Shown: one piece after another, positions 9,890 through 19,129 of the stretch
How positions within the stretch are numbered: position 1 is the stretch's first letter
Layout: every line of letters starts with the position of its first letter
Assembly: GCA_018883245.1 (NCBI GenBank)
Contig: VEQL01000003.1
Coordinates: forward strand, 80,478-144,477
DNA: 64,000 nucleotides
Source of the DNA: Chthoniobacterales bacterium
GTDB lineage: Bacteria > Verrucomicrobiota > Verrucomicrobiia > Chthoniobacterales > JACTMZ01
Reading direction: 5' to 3'
Program-made: the position numbers and the translations under genes
Notes under the pieces: generated by a model
Database searches by the model: none
Told to the model about the DNA's origin: nothing
What the model saw: only the letters and a program-made list of their open reading frames with translations

Positions 9890-10917
9890 GCTTTCTCGAC
9901 CGCGTTCTCGAAAAAGGACTTCTCCCGGATTTTGTCATCCGCGCGGGAATCGACCATTTGCTCGCTCGCAAACTCAAGGACGAGGACCGCGGGGGCGTGG
10001 AGGGGCAGCAGCGCGCGCTTATGGATTTTGTGCGCGAGTTGAAGTCGATGCCCGTCGCGATCAAGACCAAGGAGGCCAACGAGCAGCATTACGAGGTGCC
10101 GACGGAATTTTTCAAATACGTGCTGGGCCCGCGCATGAAATACAGCGGTGGCCTTTGGCCCGGTCGCCACACGACGCTGGCGGAATCGGAGGAAGCGATG
10201 CTGGCTCTCAGCTGCGAACGTGCGCGGCTCCGGGACGGTCAGCGCGTGCTCGAGTTGGGGTGCGGATGGGGTTCGCTCACGCTTTGGATGGCGGAGAAGT
10301 ATCCGGCATCGCGGATTCTCGGTGTTTCCAATTCAAGGACGCAGAAGGAATACATCATGGGCGAGGCCGCGCGCCGCGGACTGGGCAACGTGGAGATCCA
10401 TACGGCGAATGTTGCGGAGCTGGACCTGCCGCGGGAGGAATTCGACCGCGTGGTGTCGGTCGAAATGTTCGAGCACATGAAGAATTACGAGCTGCTGCTG
10501 CGCAAGGTTGCCTCCTGGATGAAGCCCGGCGCCCTGCTTTTCGTGCACATTTTCACGCACAGGACGCTGGCGTATCATTTCGAGGGCAGGGATCCGAGTG
10601 ATTGGATCACGCGGTATTTTTTCGAGGGCGGGACGATGCCTTCGGACGACCTGCTCGCCTATTTTCAAGATGATCTCAAATTGCGGGATCACTGGTGCGT
10701 GAACGGAACGCATTACGCGCGCACATCCGAGGCTTGGCTGGCCAACATGGACCGCCACGAGAAAGAAATCACTCCGATTCTCGCTGCGACATACGGCCCG
10801 GAGAACGTCACCAAGTGGAGGGTTTACTGGCGCGTCTTTTTCATGGCATGCGCCGGTCTTTGGGGATACCGCTGCGGGGAGGAATGGATCGTCTCGCATT
10901 ATCTTTTCGCCAAGTGA
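9886..10917 (+). CDS. Second CFA-synthase-family SAM-dependent methyltransferase
   Basis: ATG at 9886 overlaps the upstream stop (ATGA). SAM motif [10 protein letters not shown]. Mycolic-acid/CFA synthase-like length (343 aa). Confidence 0.8.
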   Translation: MSFLDRVLEKGLLPDFVIRAGIDHLLARKLKDEDRGGVEGQQRALMDFVRELKSMPVAIKTKEANEQHYEVPTEFFKYVLGPRMKYSGGLWPGRHTTLAESEEAMLALSCERARLRDGQRVLELGCGWGSLTLWMAEKYPASRILGVSNSRTQKEYIMGEAARRGLGNVEIHTANVAELDLPREEFDRVVSVEMFEHMKNYELLLRKVASWMKPGALLFVHIFTHRTLAYHFEGRDPSDWITRYFFEGGTMPSDDLLAYFQDDLKLRDHWCVNGTHYARTSEAWLANMDRHEKEITPILAATYGPENVTKWRVYWRVFFMACAGLWGYRCGEEWIVSHYLFAK

Positions 10918-11663
10918 AGCTGTCTGCCGCCTGCGCTGCTTTGCTAGTGTTCGCGGCATGGCCCCTGCATGCCGCCGGCGACTGGATCGAGCAGGGCGAT
11001 CTTCTCGACAAGCAGTTCAAGTCCGCGGAGGCGCTCGCCGCCTACGAAAGAGCAGCCGCTGTGGACCCGAACGATGCGGAATTGCAGCGCAAAATCGCCA
11101 AGCAGTATGTCGAGTTGGTGCTCGACGCCTCGTCGCGCAAGGAGCAGTTGCGTTTGGCCCAACTCGGCTACGACCGCGCGCTGAAAGCGAAGACGCTTGA
11201 TCCTTCGGACGCCGAGACGCGTCTGACCGTGGCGGTGGCCGCGGGCCGTCTCGCTTACTACAGCAGCGATCCGCGCGTTAAGATGGAGCTTTCCCGCGTG
11301 GTCAAAAACGAATCGGACGAAGCCCTGCGTTTGCGTCCGCGGTATGCGCTGGCTTGGCATTTCATCGGGCGCTGGCATTACGAGATGGCTACCTTGAATC
11401 CTTTGCTGCGCAGGGTGGCGGAGGCGATCTACGGCAAGCTGCCGCCCGCCTCGCAGGACGAGGCGATCCGCAATCTCGCCAGGGCCGTCGAACTCGAGCC
11501 CGATAACGCGCTCTTCCACGCCGAACTGGGGCGGGCTTATCTCGCCGCCGGACGCAAGGCCGAAGCGCGGCGCGAGCTGGAGAAATCGCTGTCGTTGCCC
11601 AACCGCAACCGCGATGATGCGGGGGCCCGGCAGCGAGCCAAGCAAGCCCTCTCGGAACTTTGA
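10914..11663 (+). CDS. Secreted TPR-like repeat protein
   Basis: GTG at 10914 overlaps the upstream stop (GTGA). Signal peptide [20 protein letters not shown]|AG, followed by an Ala/Leu-rich helical repeat protein with TPR-like spacing. Confidence 0.55.
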   Translation: MKLSAACAALLVFAAWPLHAAGDWIEQGDLLDKQFKSAEALAAYERAAAVDPNDAELQRKIAKQYVELVLDASSRKEQLRLAQLGYDRALKAKTLDPSDAETRLTVAVAAGRLAYYSSDPRVKMELSRVVKNESDEALRLRPRYALAWHFIGRWHYEMATLNPLLRRVAEAIYGKLPPASQDEAIRNLARAVELEPDNALFHAELGRAYLAAGRKAEARRELEKSLSLPNRNRDDAGARQRAKQALSEL

Positions 11664-11667
11664 ATTT

Positions 11668-12780
11668 ATGGCGGACAAAAAAATCCTCATTTTCACCACG
11701 GGATTCGGCGACGGCCACAACAGCGCGGCGCGCAACCTGAAAGACGCGTTCTCGCAGATGCCGGGATTCGACCCCGAAGTCCACGACCCCTACGTCGAGG
11801 TCAATCCGCGCGCGTCCAAGACACTGCAGGTGGCCTACAATTTTTCCATCCAGCGCGTTCCGGTGACGTGGAAAGCGTTTTTCTGGCTTTATGACAAAAC
11901 TCCGGTCTTTGACTGGACGCTGCCCACCCTGGGCAACTTGAAGAAGGCGATGGAGAAGCTGGTGCGCGAAAAGCAGCCGGCGGCCGTGATCACGACCTAC
12001 CCCGTTTACAGCTACATCCTGAACGACCTGATGAAGAGCGGAGCGGTTCCCGCCTGCCCGCATTTTATGGTGGTCACGGACTCCATCGTGATCAACCGCG
12101 TCTGGAATCTCGCGCCGGCCGATTGGGTGTTGGTGGCCAATGAGCCGACGCTCGAGGCCATGGTGCGTGGCGGCACGCCGCGCGAGAAGATCGTGGTCAT
12201 GGGTTTTCCGGTCAGTCCGCGCTTCGAGGAACTGGCCCGCCGTCCGTTGCCCCCGGGTCCGCCGTGGGAGTTGCTTTACCTGCCCTCGGCAAGCCGGCGG
12301 ACGGTGGCTCGCGTGGTGCAGGGCCTCACCTCGCTGCCCGGGGTGAAGCTTTCCGTGGTGACCGGAAGGCACAAGCACCTGCATGCGTTTTTGAAGAAGC
12401 TCGACGTGCCGATGGCCTCGTTCACTTTGCACGGTTGGACCGACCGCATGCCCGAGTTGCTCGCGGACAGCCACCTTTTCATCGGCAAAGCAGGCGGTGC
12501 GATTGTTCAGGAGACGCTGGCCATCGCCCGACCGATGATCATCAGCCACGTAGTAGCCGGCCAGGAGGAGGGCAATGTGGAATTGCTCGCCGACCTCGGG
12601 GCGGGGGCGCTGGCCACGTCGCCGGATGCGATTGTGGGCACGGTGCGCCGCGCCATGCTGGAAAACGGCGGCGCGGAGTGGGCGCGCTGGCGGGAAAATC
12701 TCCTGCGTGTCAGCCATCCCGCCGCGGCGCGCCAAACGGCCGAGTTTGTCGCGGGCAAGCTGTCTCAGAACGTCGAGTAA
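11668..12780 (+). CDS. MGDG-synthase/UgtP-family (GT28) diacylglycerol glycosyltransferase
   Basis: N-terminus MADKKILIFTTGFGDGHNSAARNL is typical of the monogalactosyldiacylglycerol synthase N-terminal domain. The C-terminal half is GT-B. Confidence 0.7.
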   Translation: MADKKILIFTTGFGDGHNSAARNLKDAFSQMPGFDPEVHDPYVEVNPRASKTLQVAYNFSIQRVPVTWKAFFWLYDKTPVFDWTLPTLGNLKKAMEKLVREKQPAAVITTYPVYSYILNDLMKSGAVPACPHFMVVTDSIVINRVWNLAPADWVLVANEPTLEAMVRGGTPREKIVVMGFPVSPRFEELARRPLPPGPPWELLYLPSASRRTVARVVQGLTSLPGVKLSVVTGRHKHLHAFLKKLDVPMASFTLHGWTDRMPELLADSHLFIGKAGGAIVQETLAIARPMIISHVVAGQEEGNVELLADLGAGALATSPDAIVGTVRRAMLENGGAEWARWRENLLRVSHPAAARQTAEFVAGKLSQNVE

Positions 12781-13667
12781 GCGGCGGAGCCGGCGGCGTA
12801 TGTGCTGCGGGGCGACCACCCCATCACGCGCTGTGCATCGTCGAAAATGTTGCGCGTTTTGCTGCCGAGCTGGACGAGGATGACTTCCCGACCGCCGAGG
12901 GTCCCGCTCGAGACGAGGCAGCGTCCGGCTGCGAAGGTGTATCCTGTTTTCATTCCGGTGAAGGCAGGCGAGCGTTCCAGGAGTTTGTTGGTCGCTTTGA
13001 GCACTGTGACGCGGCCGCTGTTGTGTCGGAAGTAGGCGCGTGGTTGGCGCATGAACGTGCGCAGCACCGGCACGCGATAGGCGGCAAAGGCGATACGGGC
13101 CATGTCACGCGCGGTGGAATACTGCGGGGCCGGCAGGCCGTGGCTGTTGAGGAAATACGAGTTGCGGGCGCCCAAGGCCCACGCCGTGCGGTTCATGTCC
13201 GCGGCGAATGCCGCATCGCTTCCGCTGTGGTCGCGGGCGAGGGCGGTGCAGGCATCGTTGCAGCTTTTGACCATGATGGCTTCGAGCAGCGAGCGTCGCG
13301 TGTAACGCTCGCCGGCTTTGATCCCGAGCTTGGTCGGTTCGACATGAGTGTCCTCCGCGGCGATGGCGACAGGGGCGCCGAGATTCCCGCGCCGCGCCAC
13401 GAGCTGCGCGGTGAGAAGCTTCTGCGTGCTGGCGACTTGGCGGCGCTGGTCGGCATTCTTCTGGAAAAGAACTTCGCCGTTCCGCGCGTCGATGAGGATT
13501 GCGGATTCCGCGGTGAGTCCGGGCGCGTCGGAGGGCCAGACGGGCGCGTCGGAGGGTGCTGATGCGACGGGGGGAGCGGCGGGCTCGGCTCGGCGGACTT
13601 CAGGCGGCGGCGCGGTCGCGCATCCGGTGACAAAGACGAGGGCAAGAAGGGCGAAAAAGTGTTTCAT
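12765..13667 (-). CDS. D-alanyl-D-alanine carboxypeptidase (S11 PBP5-like) lipoprotein
   Basis: The internal ATG at 13667 gives the lipoprotein signal MKHFFALLALVFVTGC. SxxK (STQK) and KTG (KTGYT) motifs. Start overlaps the folE2 stop by 4 nt. Confidence 0.8.
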   Translation of the reverse strand: MKHFFALLALVFVTGCATAPPPEVRRAEPAAPPVASAPSDAPVWPSDAPGLTAESAILIDARNGEVLFQKNADQRRQVASTQKLLTAQLVARRGNLGAPVAIAAEDTHVEPTKLGIKAGERYTRRSLLEAIMVKSCNDACTALARDHSGSDAAFAADMNRTAWALGARNSYFLNSHGLPAPQYSTARDMARIAFAAYRVPVLRTFMRQPRAYFRHNSGRVTVLKATNKLLERSPAFTGMKTGYTFAAGRCLVSSGTLGGREVILVQLGSKTRNIFDDAQRVMGWSPRSTYAAGSAAYSTF

Positions 13668-14464
13668 CGGTGCTTTTCCACGAGGGCGTAGGCGTTGTGG
13701 TTGTGGATGCTTTCGAAATTCTCCGCCTCGACCTGCCACCACGTGATGCGCGGGTCGGCGATGACGTGTGCCGCGACATTGCGGACCACATCCTCGACAA
13801 ATACGGGATTCGCGTAGGCACGCTCGGTCACCGCTTTTTCGTCCGGCCGTTTCAAGACGCTGTAAAGCTCGCTGCTGGCGGAGCGCTCGATGATGGAAAC
13901 CATCTCGTCGAGGGGCAGCGGTTTTTCCGAGCGCAGCCTCAGGGTGACCTGTCCGCGCTGGTTGTGCGCGCCGGAGGCGCTGATGGCTTTCGAGCACGGG
14001 CAGAGCGTGGTGACGTTGGCCACGACCGTCGTGACCAAATCGTGGCCTTTTTCGTCCGCCGTGGCGCTGAAGCGGGCCGTGTAATCAACCAGCCCGGGGG
14101 CTCCAGTGACCGGCGCTTTTTTTTCGAGGAAGAAGGGAAACTCGAACTCCAGATGCGCGCGTTTGCTGTGCAGGCGTTTGATCAGCGAGCGCAGCAGGTG
14201 GCCGATATCTTCGGGGTGGAGGACCGGTCCGTGCGCCTGCAGCACTTCGAGGAACCGGCTCATGTGCGTGCCTTTGAATTCGTGCGGCAGTTCGACGGTG
14301 AGCTGCACGGTGGCGATCGTGCTCTGCGGTTCGCCGGGACCCGCCTTCACGCGGATGGGAAAACGCAGGTTCTTGACCCCGACGCGATCGATGACGATGC
14401 GGCGGTGGTCGAGTTCGCTCTGCGTGTCACGCAGTGGGGCGGCGTCGTCTTCCGGATGCTTCAT
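13664..14464 (-). CDS. folE2: GTP cyclohydrolase I type 2 (FolE2/MptA family)
   Basis: 266 aa. The N-terminal segment (DTQSELDHRRIVIDRVGVKNLRFPI) and an internal CPCS motif are characteristic of FolE2. Confidence 0.85.
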   Translation of the reverse strand: MKHPEDDAAPLRDTQSELDHRRIVIDRVGVKNLRFPIRVKAGPGEPQSTIATVQLTVELPHEFKGTHMSRFLEVLQAHGPVLHPEDIGHLLRSLIKRLHSKRAHLEFEFPFFLEKKAPVTGAPGLVDYTARFSATADEKGHDLVTTVVANVTTLCPCSKAISASGAHNQRGQVTLRLRSEKPLPLDEMVSIIERSASSELYSVLKRPDEKAVTERAYANPVFVEDVVRNVAAHVIADPRITWWQVEAENFESIHNHNAYALVEKHR

Positions 14465-14551
14465 CGGAGCTGGAATCTAACCGCGCCGGCGTGCCGGCAA
14501 AAGTGATTTGTCCGTTTGGCCGGCGGTCCGGGACCCGCTACAGTCGACGGG

Positions 14552-15199
14552 GTGGGAAAACTGACGGTCAATGAAATCTACCAATCGGTGCAAGGTGAAA
14601 GCACCTGGGCGGGACTCCCGTGCGTGTTTGTGCGGCTCACCTTTTGCGACCTGCGCTGCACCTACTGCGACACGGAATACGCTTTTTATGAGGGGCGCAA
14701 GATGCCGGTTGAAGAAATTCTCGCCAAAGTGCGCGCGTTCTCTTGTCCGCTGGTCGAAGTGACCGGCGGGGAGCCGCTGCTGCAGCCCGGCTGTGTGCCC
14801 CTCCTCGCCGCGCTCTGTGACGAGGGCCGCACCGTCTTGCTGGAAACAAGCGGTGCGCACGACATCTCTGCGGTGGACCCGAGGGTGCACCGGATCATGG
14901 ATATGAAAACTCCGTCGAGCGGGGAATGCGGACGCAATCTCCACGCGAATATCGCGCATCTCGGCCCGCGCGATGAGGTGAAGTTCGTCATCGGTTCGCG
15001 CGAGGACTACGAATGGTCGCGCACGAAAATCCGCGAACACGAATTGGCCGCAAAGGTGCGCGCGGTGCTGCTCAGCCCTGTGTTCGGCAAAATCGCGCCG
15101 GCGGATATTGTTTCTTGGATGCTTGAGGACGGGTTGCCCGCGCGTTTCCAGTTGCAGATGCACAAGTTCATCTGGGAACCGAGGGCGAGGGGCGTTTGA
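14552..15199 (+). CDS. queE: 7-carboxy-7-deazaguanine synthase QueE (radical SAM)
   Basis: NEIYQSVQGES N-terminal motif and CDLRCTYCDT radical-SAM cluster. GTG at 14552 is preferred; TTG at 14516 is the alternative start. Confidence 0.85.
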   Translation: MGKLTVNEIYQSVQGESTWAGLPCVFVRLTFCDLRCTYCDTEYAFYEGRKMPVEEILAKVRAFSCPLVEVTGGEPLLQPGCVPLLAALCDEGRTVLLETSGAHDISAVDPRVHRIMDMKTPSSGECGRNLHANIAHLGPRDEVKFVIGSREDYEWSRTKIREHELAAKVRAVLLSPVFGKIAPADIVSWMLEDGLPARFQLQMHKFIWEPRARGV

Positions 15200-15240
15200 C
15201 CGTTTGCCGGGCGCGTGGCGGGACGCTACAAAGAGGGGCA

Positions 15241-15600
15241 ATGACAGCGACTCTGACCAAAACTTTCCACTTCGAGGCGGCGCACACGCTGCCCCGCGTG
15301 GCGCCCGACCACCAATGTGCACGCATGCACGGTCACAGCTACAAAGTAGAGATTTCGGTGACCGGGCCGGTAGGCTCTGACACCGGTTGGGTGATGGACC
15401 ATGCGGAGATTGGTGCGGCTGCCAAACCTCTCATCGCCCGCCTCGATCACCGCTATCTCAACGACATCCCCGGACTCGAGAACCCGACTTTCGAGAATAT
15501 CGCGGCCTGGCTCTGGCGCGAACTCAAGCCGTCGATTCCTTTGCTCAGTGCGATCAGCGTCCATGAAACGCCGACCTCCTGTTGTGTTTATCGCGGCTAG
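15241..15600 (+). CDS. queD: 6-carboxytetrahydropterin synthase QueD
   Basis: ATG at 15241 gives MTATLTKTFHFEAAHTLP...HGHSY, the PTPS/QueD zinc-binding and catalytic motifs. 119 aa. Confidence 0.85.
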   Translation: MTATLTKTFHFEAAHTLPRVAPDHQCARMHGHSYKVEISVTGPVGSDTGWVMDHAEIGAAAKPLIARLDHRYLNDIPGLENPTFENIAAWLWRELKPSIPLLSAISVHETPTSCCVYRG

Positions 15601-16466
15601 TTGCGCAGGGTGATGTCCCGCAGCCGGGCCACGAGAAAACGGCTCAGCGCGAGGTAAAGCACAAGGACCGGCACGGTGACTACCAGTGCGCCGGCGGCAA
15701 AGATGCCGGGTTGTCCGTGCAGACTTTCGGTGTGGAGCATTCGCAAGCCGAGCGGAAGGGTGAAGAGAGAGGAGTCTTGGAGCAGGATTGCGGCGACGAC
15801 ATATTCGTTCCACGCGGCGGCGAAAGAGAACAGTGCCGTGACGGCCAGACCGGAGGCCGAAACGGGCAGGACCACGCGGAGGAATGTCTGCCCCGGGGTG
15901 CATCCGTCCATCGCCGCCGCTTCCTCGAGGCTCTCCGGAATGGTGTCATAGAAATTTTTCATCTGCCAGATGCAGAACGGCAGGATGGTCGCGAGGTAAA
16001 CGAGGATGAGTCCGAAAAAAGTGTCGGTCAGGCGCAGTTTGACCAAGACGAGAAAAATCGGCAGAAGCAGCATCGTGGCCGGAAAAATCTGGGTGACGAG
16101 CAGGGCGCGCAGGACGGTGAGTCGGCCGAAGAAATGAAAGCGGGACAGCGCGTAGCCTGCGGTGGCCGAAAGAGCGACGCCAACCAGCGTCACGGCAAGC
16201 GATACCAGCAGGGAATTCGCCAACCACCGGACGAACCCGGTTTCGGTGGCGAGCTGCACGAAATTGTCCATGCTGGCGTGCGCCGGCCAATGCCACGAGG
16301 TGGCGCCTGCGGGCATTGTCGGTGCGAGTGCGGCGACGAGGATGTGCCAGAGGGGAACCAGTGCCACGAGCGATGCCGCAACGAGTGCGAAATACGAGAA
16401 AATGCGGGCCACAGCGCCGTGGGCAAGCAGGCTCTTCGGGGCAGGGGCGGAACTGTCGGTCGCCAT
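15597..16466 (-). CDS. Carbohydrate ABC transporter permease (MalG/BPD_transp_1 type)
   Basis: Six-TM permease with the EAA loop (LEEAAAMDGCTPGQTFLRVVLP). ATG at 16466 (the track start at 16484 is GTG). Confidence 0.8.
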   Translation of the reverse strand: MATDSSAPAPKSLLAHGAVARIFSYFALVAASLVALVPLWHILVAALAPTMPAGATSWHWPAHASMDNFVQLATETGFVRWLANSLLVSLAVTLVGVALSATAGYALSRFHFFGRLTVLRALLVTQIFPATMLLLPIFLVLVKLRLTDTFFGLILVYLATILPFCIWQMKNFYDTIPESLEEAAAMDGCTPGQTFLRVVLPVSASGLAVTALFSFAAAWNEYVVAAILLQDSSLFTLPLGLRMLHTESLHGQPGIFAAGALVVTVPVLVLYLALSRFLVARLRDITLRN

Positions 16467-16575
16467 GACGCGGATTGAGCGCACCAGAAAATCCGTCGTT
16501 TGTGCAAGGAAGAAGCGTGCCCCGCGTCCGCATATCTTGACAGCGCCGGACGCAGCGCTTGAAATTTTCGTTCCG

Positions 16576-19104
16576 ATGCGCCGTGCCGTCCTGCTTTTTT
16601 GGCCCCTGCTTTTCGCCGCGAGCGTCTGCGCGGAAAAAAGCGTCTATGACGCGTCCGGGGCGGACGGCGTGCGCTACCGGATCAGCCGCGCGTCCGACGC
16701 ATGGGAAATCCGCGTCACAGGTGCGGGGGTTGACGGGCCGGACCAGAGACTGTTTGCCGCCGCGGGAGCGCGGGGTAAGTCCGGCAGTCCGTTGCTTCCG
16801 CCGGATCTGTCCTCGGGTGCAGTGTGGCTGCCTTTTCCCGCGGATCTCGTGCTTGTTTCCGGTGCGTCGCAGCCGGGGGGCGGAACCGTCCTTTATCGCT
16901 GGAAGCAAACGCAATGGGGCGCGGCTGAAAAAGCGGACGGAGTTTCCGTGGCGCGCGAGCCGGCGCAACTCGTTATGCGCATCCCGTTTTCTCTCATTGG
17001 TGGCGACGCGAGCTTCGATCTGTCCGTTTTCCTCAAAGACATGGCGGCGGACGCGGGGCGCGGACGCTTTTACGGCTCGCTCGATCCGGCGGACGGCGCG
17101 GGTTCGGGCGAGCGCGTGGTCCGGCATCATCTCGCTGTGGAGTCCGCAAAGAGCGGCGTCCGTTTCCGCACGGGCGGGCGCACCGATCCCGCGTCCCCGA
17201 AGGTGCGCATTTACCAGCTCTTGCCGCGCTTGTTCGGCAACACCAACGAAACCCGCAAACCGAACGGGAAGCTTGAAGAAAACGGGACGGGAAAATTTGC
17301 CGACATCAACGCGGCGGCGCTCGACGGGCTGAAAGCCATGGGATTCACGCACCTCTGGCTCACGGGAGTGATGCAGCAGGCGACCGCCACGGACTACACC
17401 GCGATCGGTGAACCCGCCGACGACGCCGATCTGCTCAAGGGCTTGGCCGGAAGTCCCTATGCAGTCAAAGACTGGTTCGATGTCTGTCCCGATTACGCGG
17501 TCGATCCCGCGAAACGACTGGAGGAATTCAAGGCGTTGGTCGGGCGCGCGCATGACCGCGGTCTCAAGGTGCTGGTGGACTTTGTTCCCAACCATGTGGC
17601 GCGCAGCTACGCATCGACCGTCAAGCCGGAGCTTTCCTTCGGCGCGAAGGATGACCGCGGAAAATTTTTCAGTCCCGGGAACAATTTCTATTACCTCACT
17701 GCCGATTCGCATGCCGAGGGTCCGGGTGCGCCGTTGCGGCTGCCGACCGTCGATGGCGACGGGCGCGCAACCAGTCCGACCGTGCTTGCCGCGGGCGGTG
17801 GGGATGGTCTTTTCGATGGCGAGAAAGACCACGGCCGGGTCACCGGGAACAATGTGGTGAGTTGGTCGCCCGGTCCGGATACCTGGTATGAAACGGCGAA
17901 GCTCAATTACGGCTACAACTTCCGCGCGGCGGAAAAGGACGCACGGGCTTACCCCCACGGATCCCGTCCGGACATCGCGGTGCCGGACACATGGGAAAAA
18001 ATGGATGCCGTCGTTGCCTATTGGCAAGGGCTCGGCGTGGACGGGTTCCGCGCGGACATGGCCCACATGGTTCCTCCGGAATTCTGGAGTTGGCTGATCT
18101 CTCGCGCGCGCGAACGCAATCCGCAGGTTTACTTCGTTGCCGAAGCCTACAACGACGACGAGGCGAAAGTTGCGTCGGGGGATTCGCAGGCCGCGAAAGC
18201 GACCGGGGGCAATGTCCTGTTGGAGTTGCTCAAGAGCGGATTCGACGCGGTTTATGACGATCCGTCCTATGACACCTTGAAGAATGTCTATCTCGGCAAA
18301 GCCACGGCCAACGACCTGGACAGTGCGGCGCGGCGCCCTTTCCTCTTCGACAATTCGCTCCGTTACGCGGAGAACCACGACGAAGTGCGCCTGGCGTCGC
18401 CGTCCCAATGGGGCGGTCTGGGGCCGCGCGTCGGCATGCCGGTGTCCGCGCTCCTGTTCGGAATGTCGCGGGGTCCGGTGATGGTTTACCACGGCCAAGA
18501 GGTCGGGGAACAGGCCGCGGACTCCGAGGGTTTCGGCAAGGATGATGCGCGCACCACGATTTACGATTACTGGTCCATGCCGGAATTCACCAAGTGGGTG
18601 AACGGCGGGAAATTCGATGGGGGCAAGCTGTCGGCAGAGCAGCATTCTTTGCGCGATTTTTACCGCCGGTTGCTTGCCGCTGTTGATGCCCCTGCCTTTC
18701 GCGACGGCGGCTTTTATCCGCTCAACCCGGACAACCTGGACAATCCCGGTTTCGGCCGCGTCGATGGAGGGAAGAGCGGCGAGTGGCTCTACGCCTATCT
18801 GCGCCATGACAGCGCAAGCGGCCAGCGGATGTTGGTGGTGGTGAACCTCAATCCCGGCAAAGCATTGCGCGATGTGCGCATCCGTTTTCCGAAAACGGCC
18901 ATGCGTTTCCTCGGCTGGGATGCGCTTGCCGGATCGGAAAAAGCCGGCGTGGTTGCCCAAGATCGGCTCGGCGAAGTTCCCGGGGAAACAGCCGAGTTGG
19001 TTTCGACGCCCGCCGAGATGGAAAATCCAGGTCTTCTCATCAAAGAGCTTCAACCCCTCACCGCGGCGTATTACGAATTGTCGGCTCCTGCGGCCTCGCA
19101 TTGA
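16576..19104 (+). CDS. GH13 alpha-amylase family glycoside hydrolase with long N-terminal non-catalytic region
   Basis: ATG at 16576 gives the signal peptide MRRAVLLFWPLLFAASVCA. GH13 conserved regions VDFVPNHVA, GVDGFRADMAHMV, YFVAEAY, AENHDEVR. Confidence 0.8.
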   Translation: MRRAVLLFWPLLFAASVCAEKSVYDASGADGVRYRISRASDAWEIRVTGAGVDGPDQRLFAAAGARGKSGSPLLPPDLSSGAVWLPFPADLVLVSGASQPGGGTVLYRWKQTQWGAAEKADGVSVAREPAQLVMRIPFSLIGGDASFDLSVFLKDMAADAGRGRFYGSLDPADGAGSGERVVRHHLAVESAKSGVRFRTGGRTDPASPKVRIYQLLPRLFGNTNETRKPNGKLEENGTGKFADINAAALDGLKAMGFTHLWLTGVMQQATATDYTAIGEPADDADLLKGLAGSPYAVKDWFDVCPDYAVDPAKRLEEFKALVGRAHDRGLKVLVDFVPNHVARSYASTVKPELSFGAKDDRGKFFSPGNNFYYLTADSHAEGPGAPLRLPTVDGDGRATSPTVLAAGGGDGLFDGEKDHGRVTGNNVVSWSPGPDTWYETAKLNYGYNFRAAEKDARAYPHGSRPDIAVPDTWEKMDAVVAYWQGLGVDGFRADMAHMVPPEFWSWLISRARERNPQVYFVAEAYNDDEAKVASGDSQAAKATGGNVLLELLKSGFDAVYDDPSYDTLKNVYLGKATANDLDSAARRPFLFDNSLRYAENHDEVRLASPSQWGGLGPRVGMPVSALLFGMSRGPVMVYHGQEVGEQAADSEGFGKDDARTTIYDYWSMPEFTKWVNGGKFDGGKLSAEQHSLRDFYRRLLAAVDAPAFRDGGFYPLNPDNLDNPGFGRVDGGKSGEWLYAYLRHDSASGQRMLVVVNLNPGKALRDVRIRFPKTAMRFLGWDALAGSEKAGVVAQDRLGEVPGETAELVSTPAEMENPGLLIKELQPLTAAYYELSAPAASH

Positions 19105-19129
19105 CGGCCGTTTCCCGCCGCCCGATGAC

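Noticed and set aside
14465-14551. preQ1 riboswitch upstream of queE, and similarly TPP or biotin-related leaders upstream of thiL, thiE and bioB
   Set aside because: The que leader shows no recognisable preQ1 aptamer hairpin or A-rich tail. thiL, thiE and bioB have overlapping or near-zero intergenic spacing with upstream genes, which leaves no room for a riboswitch.
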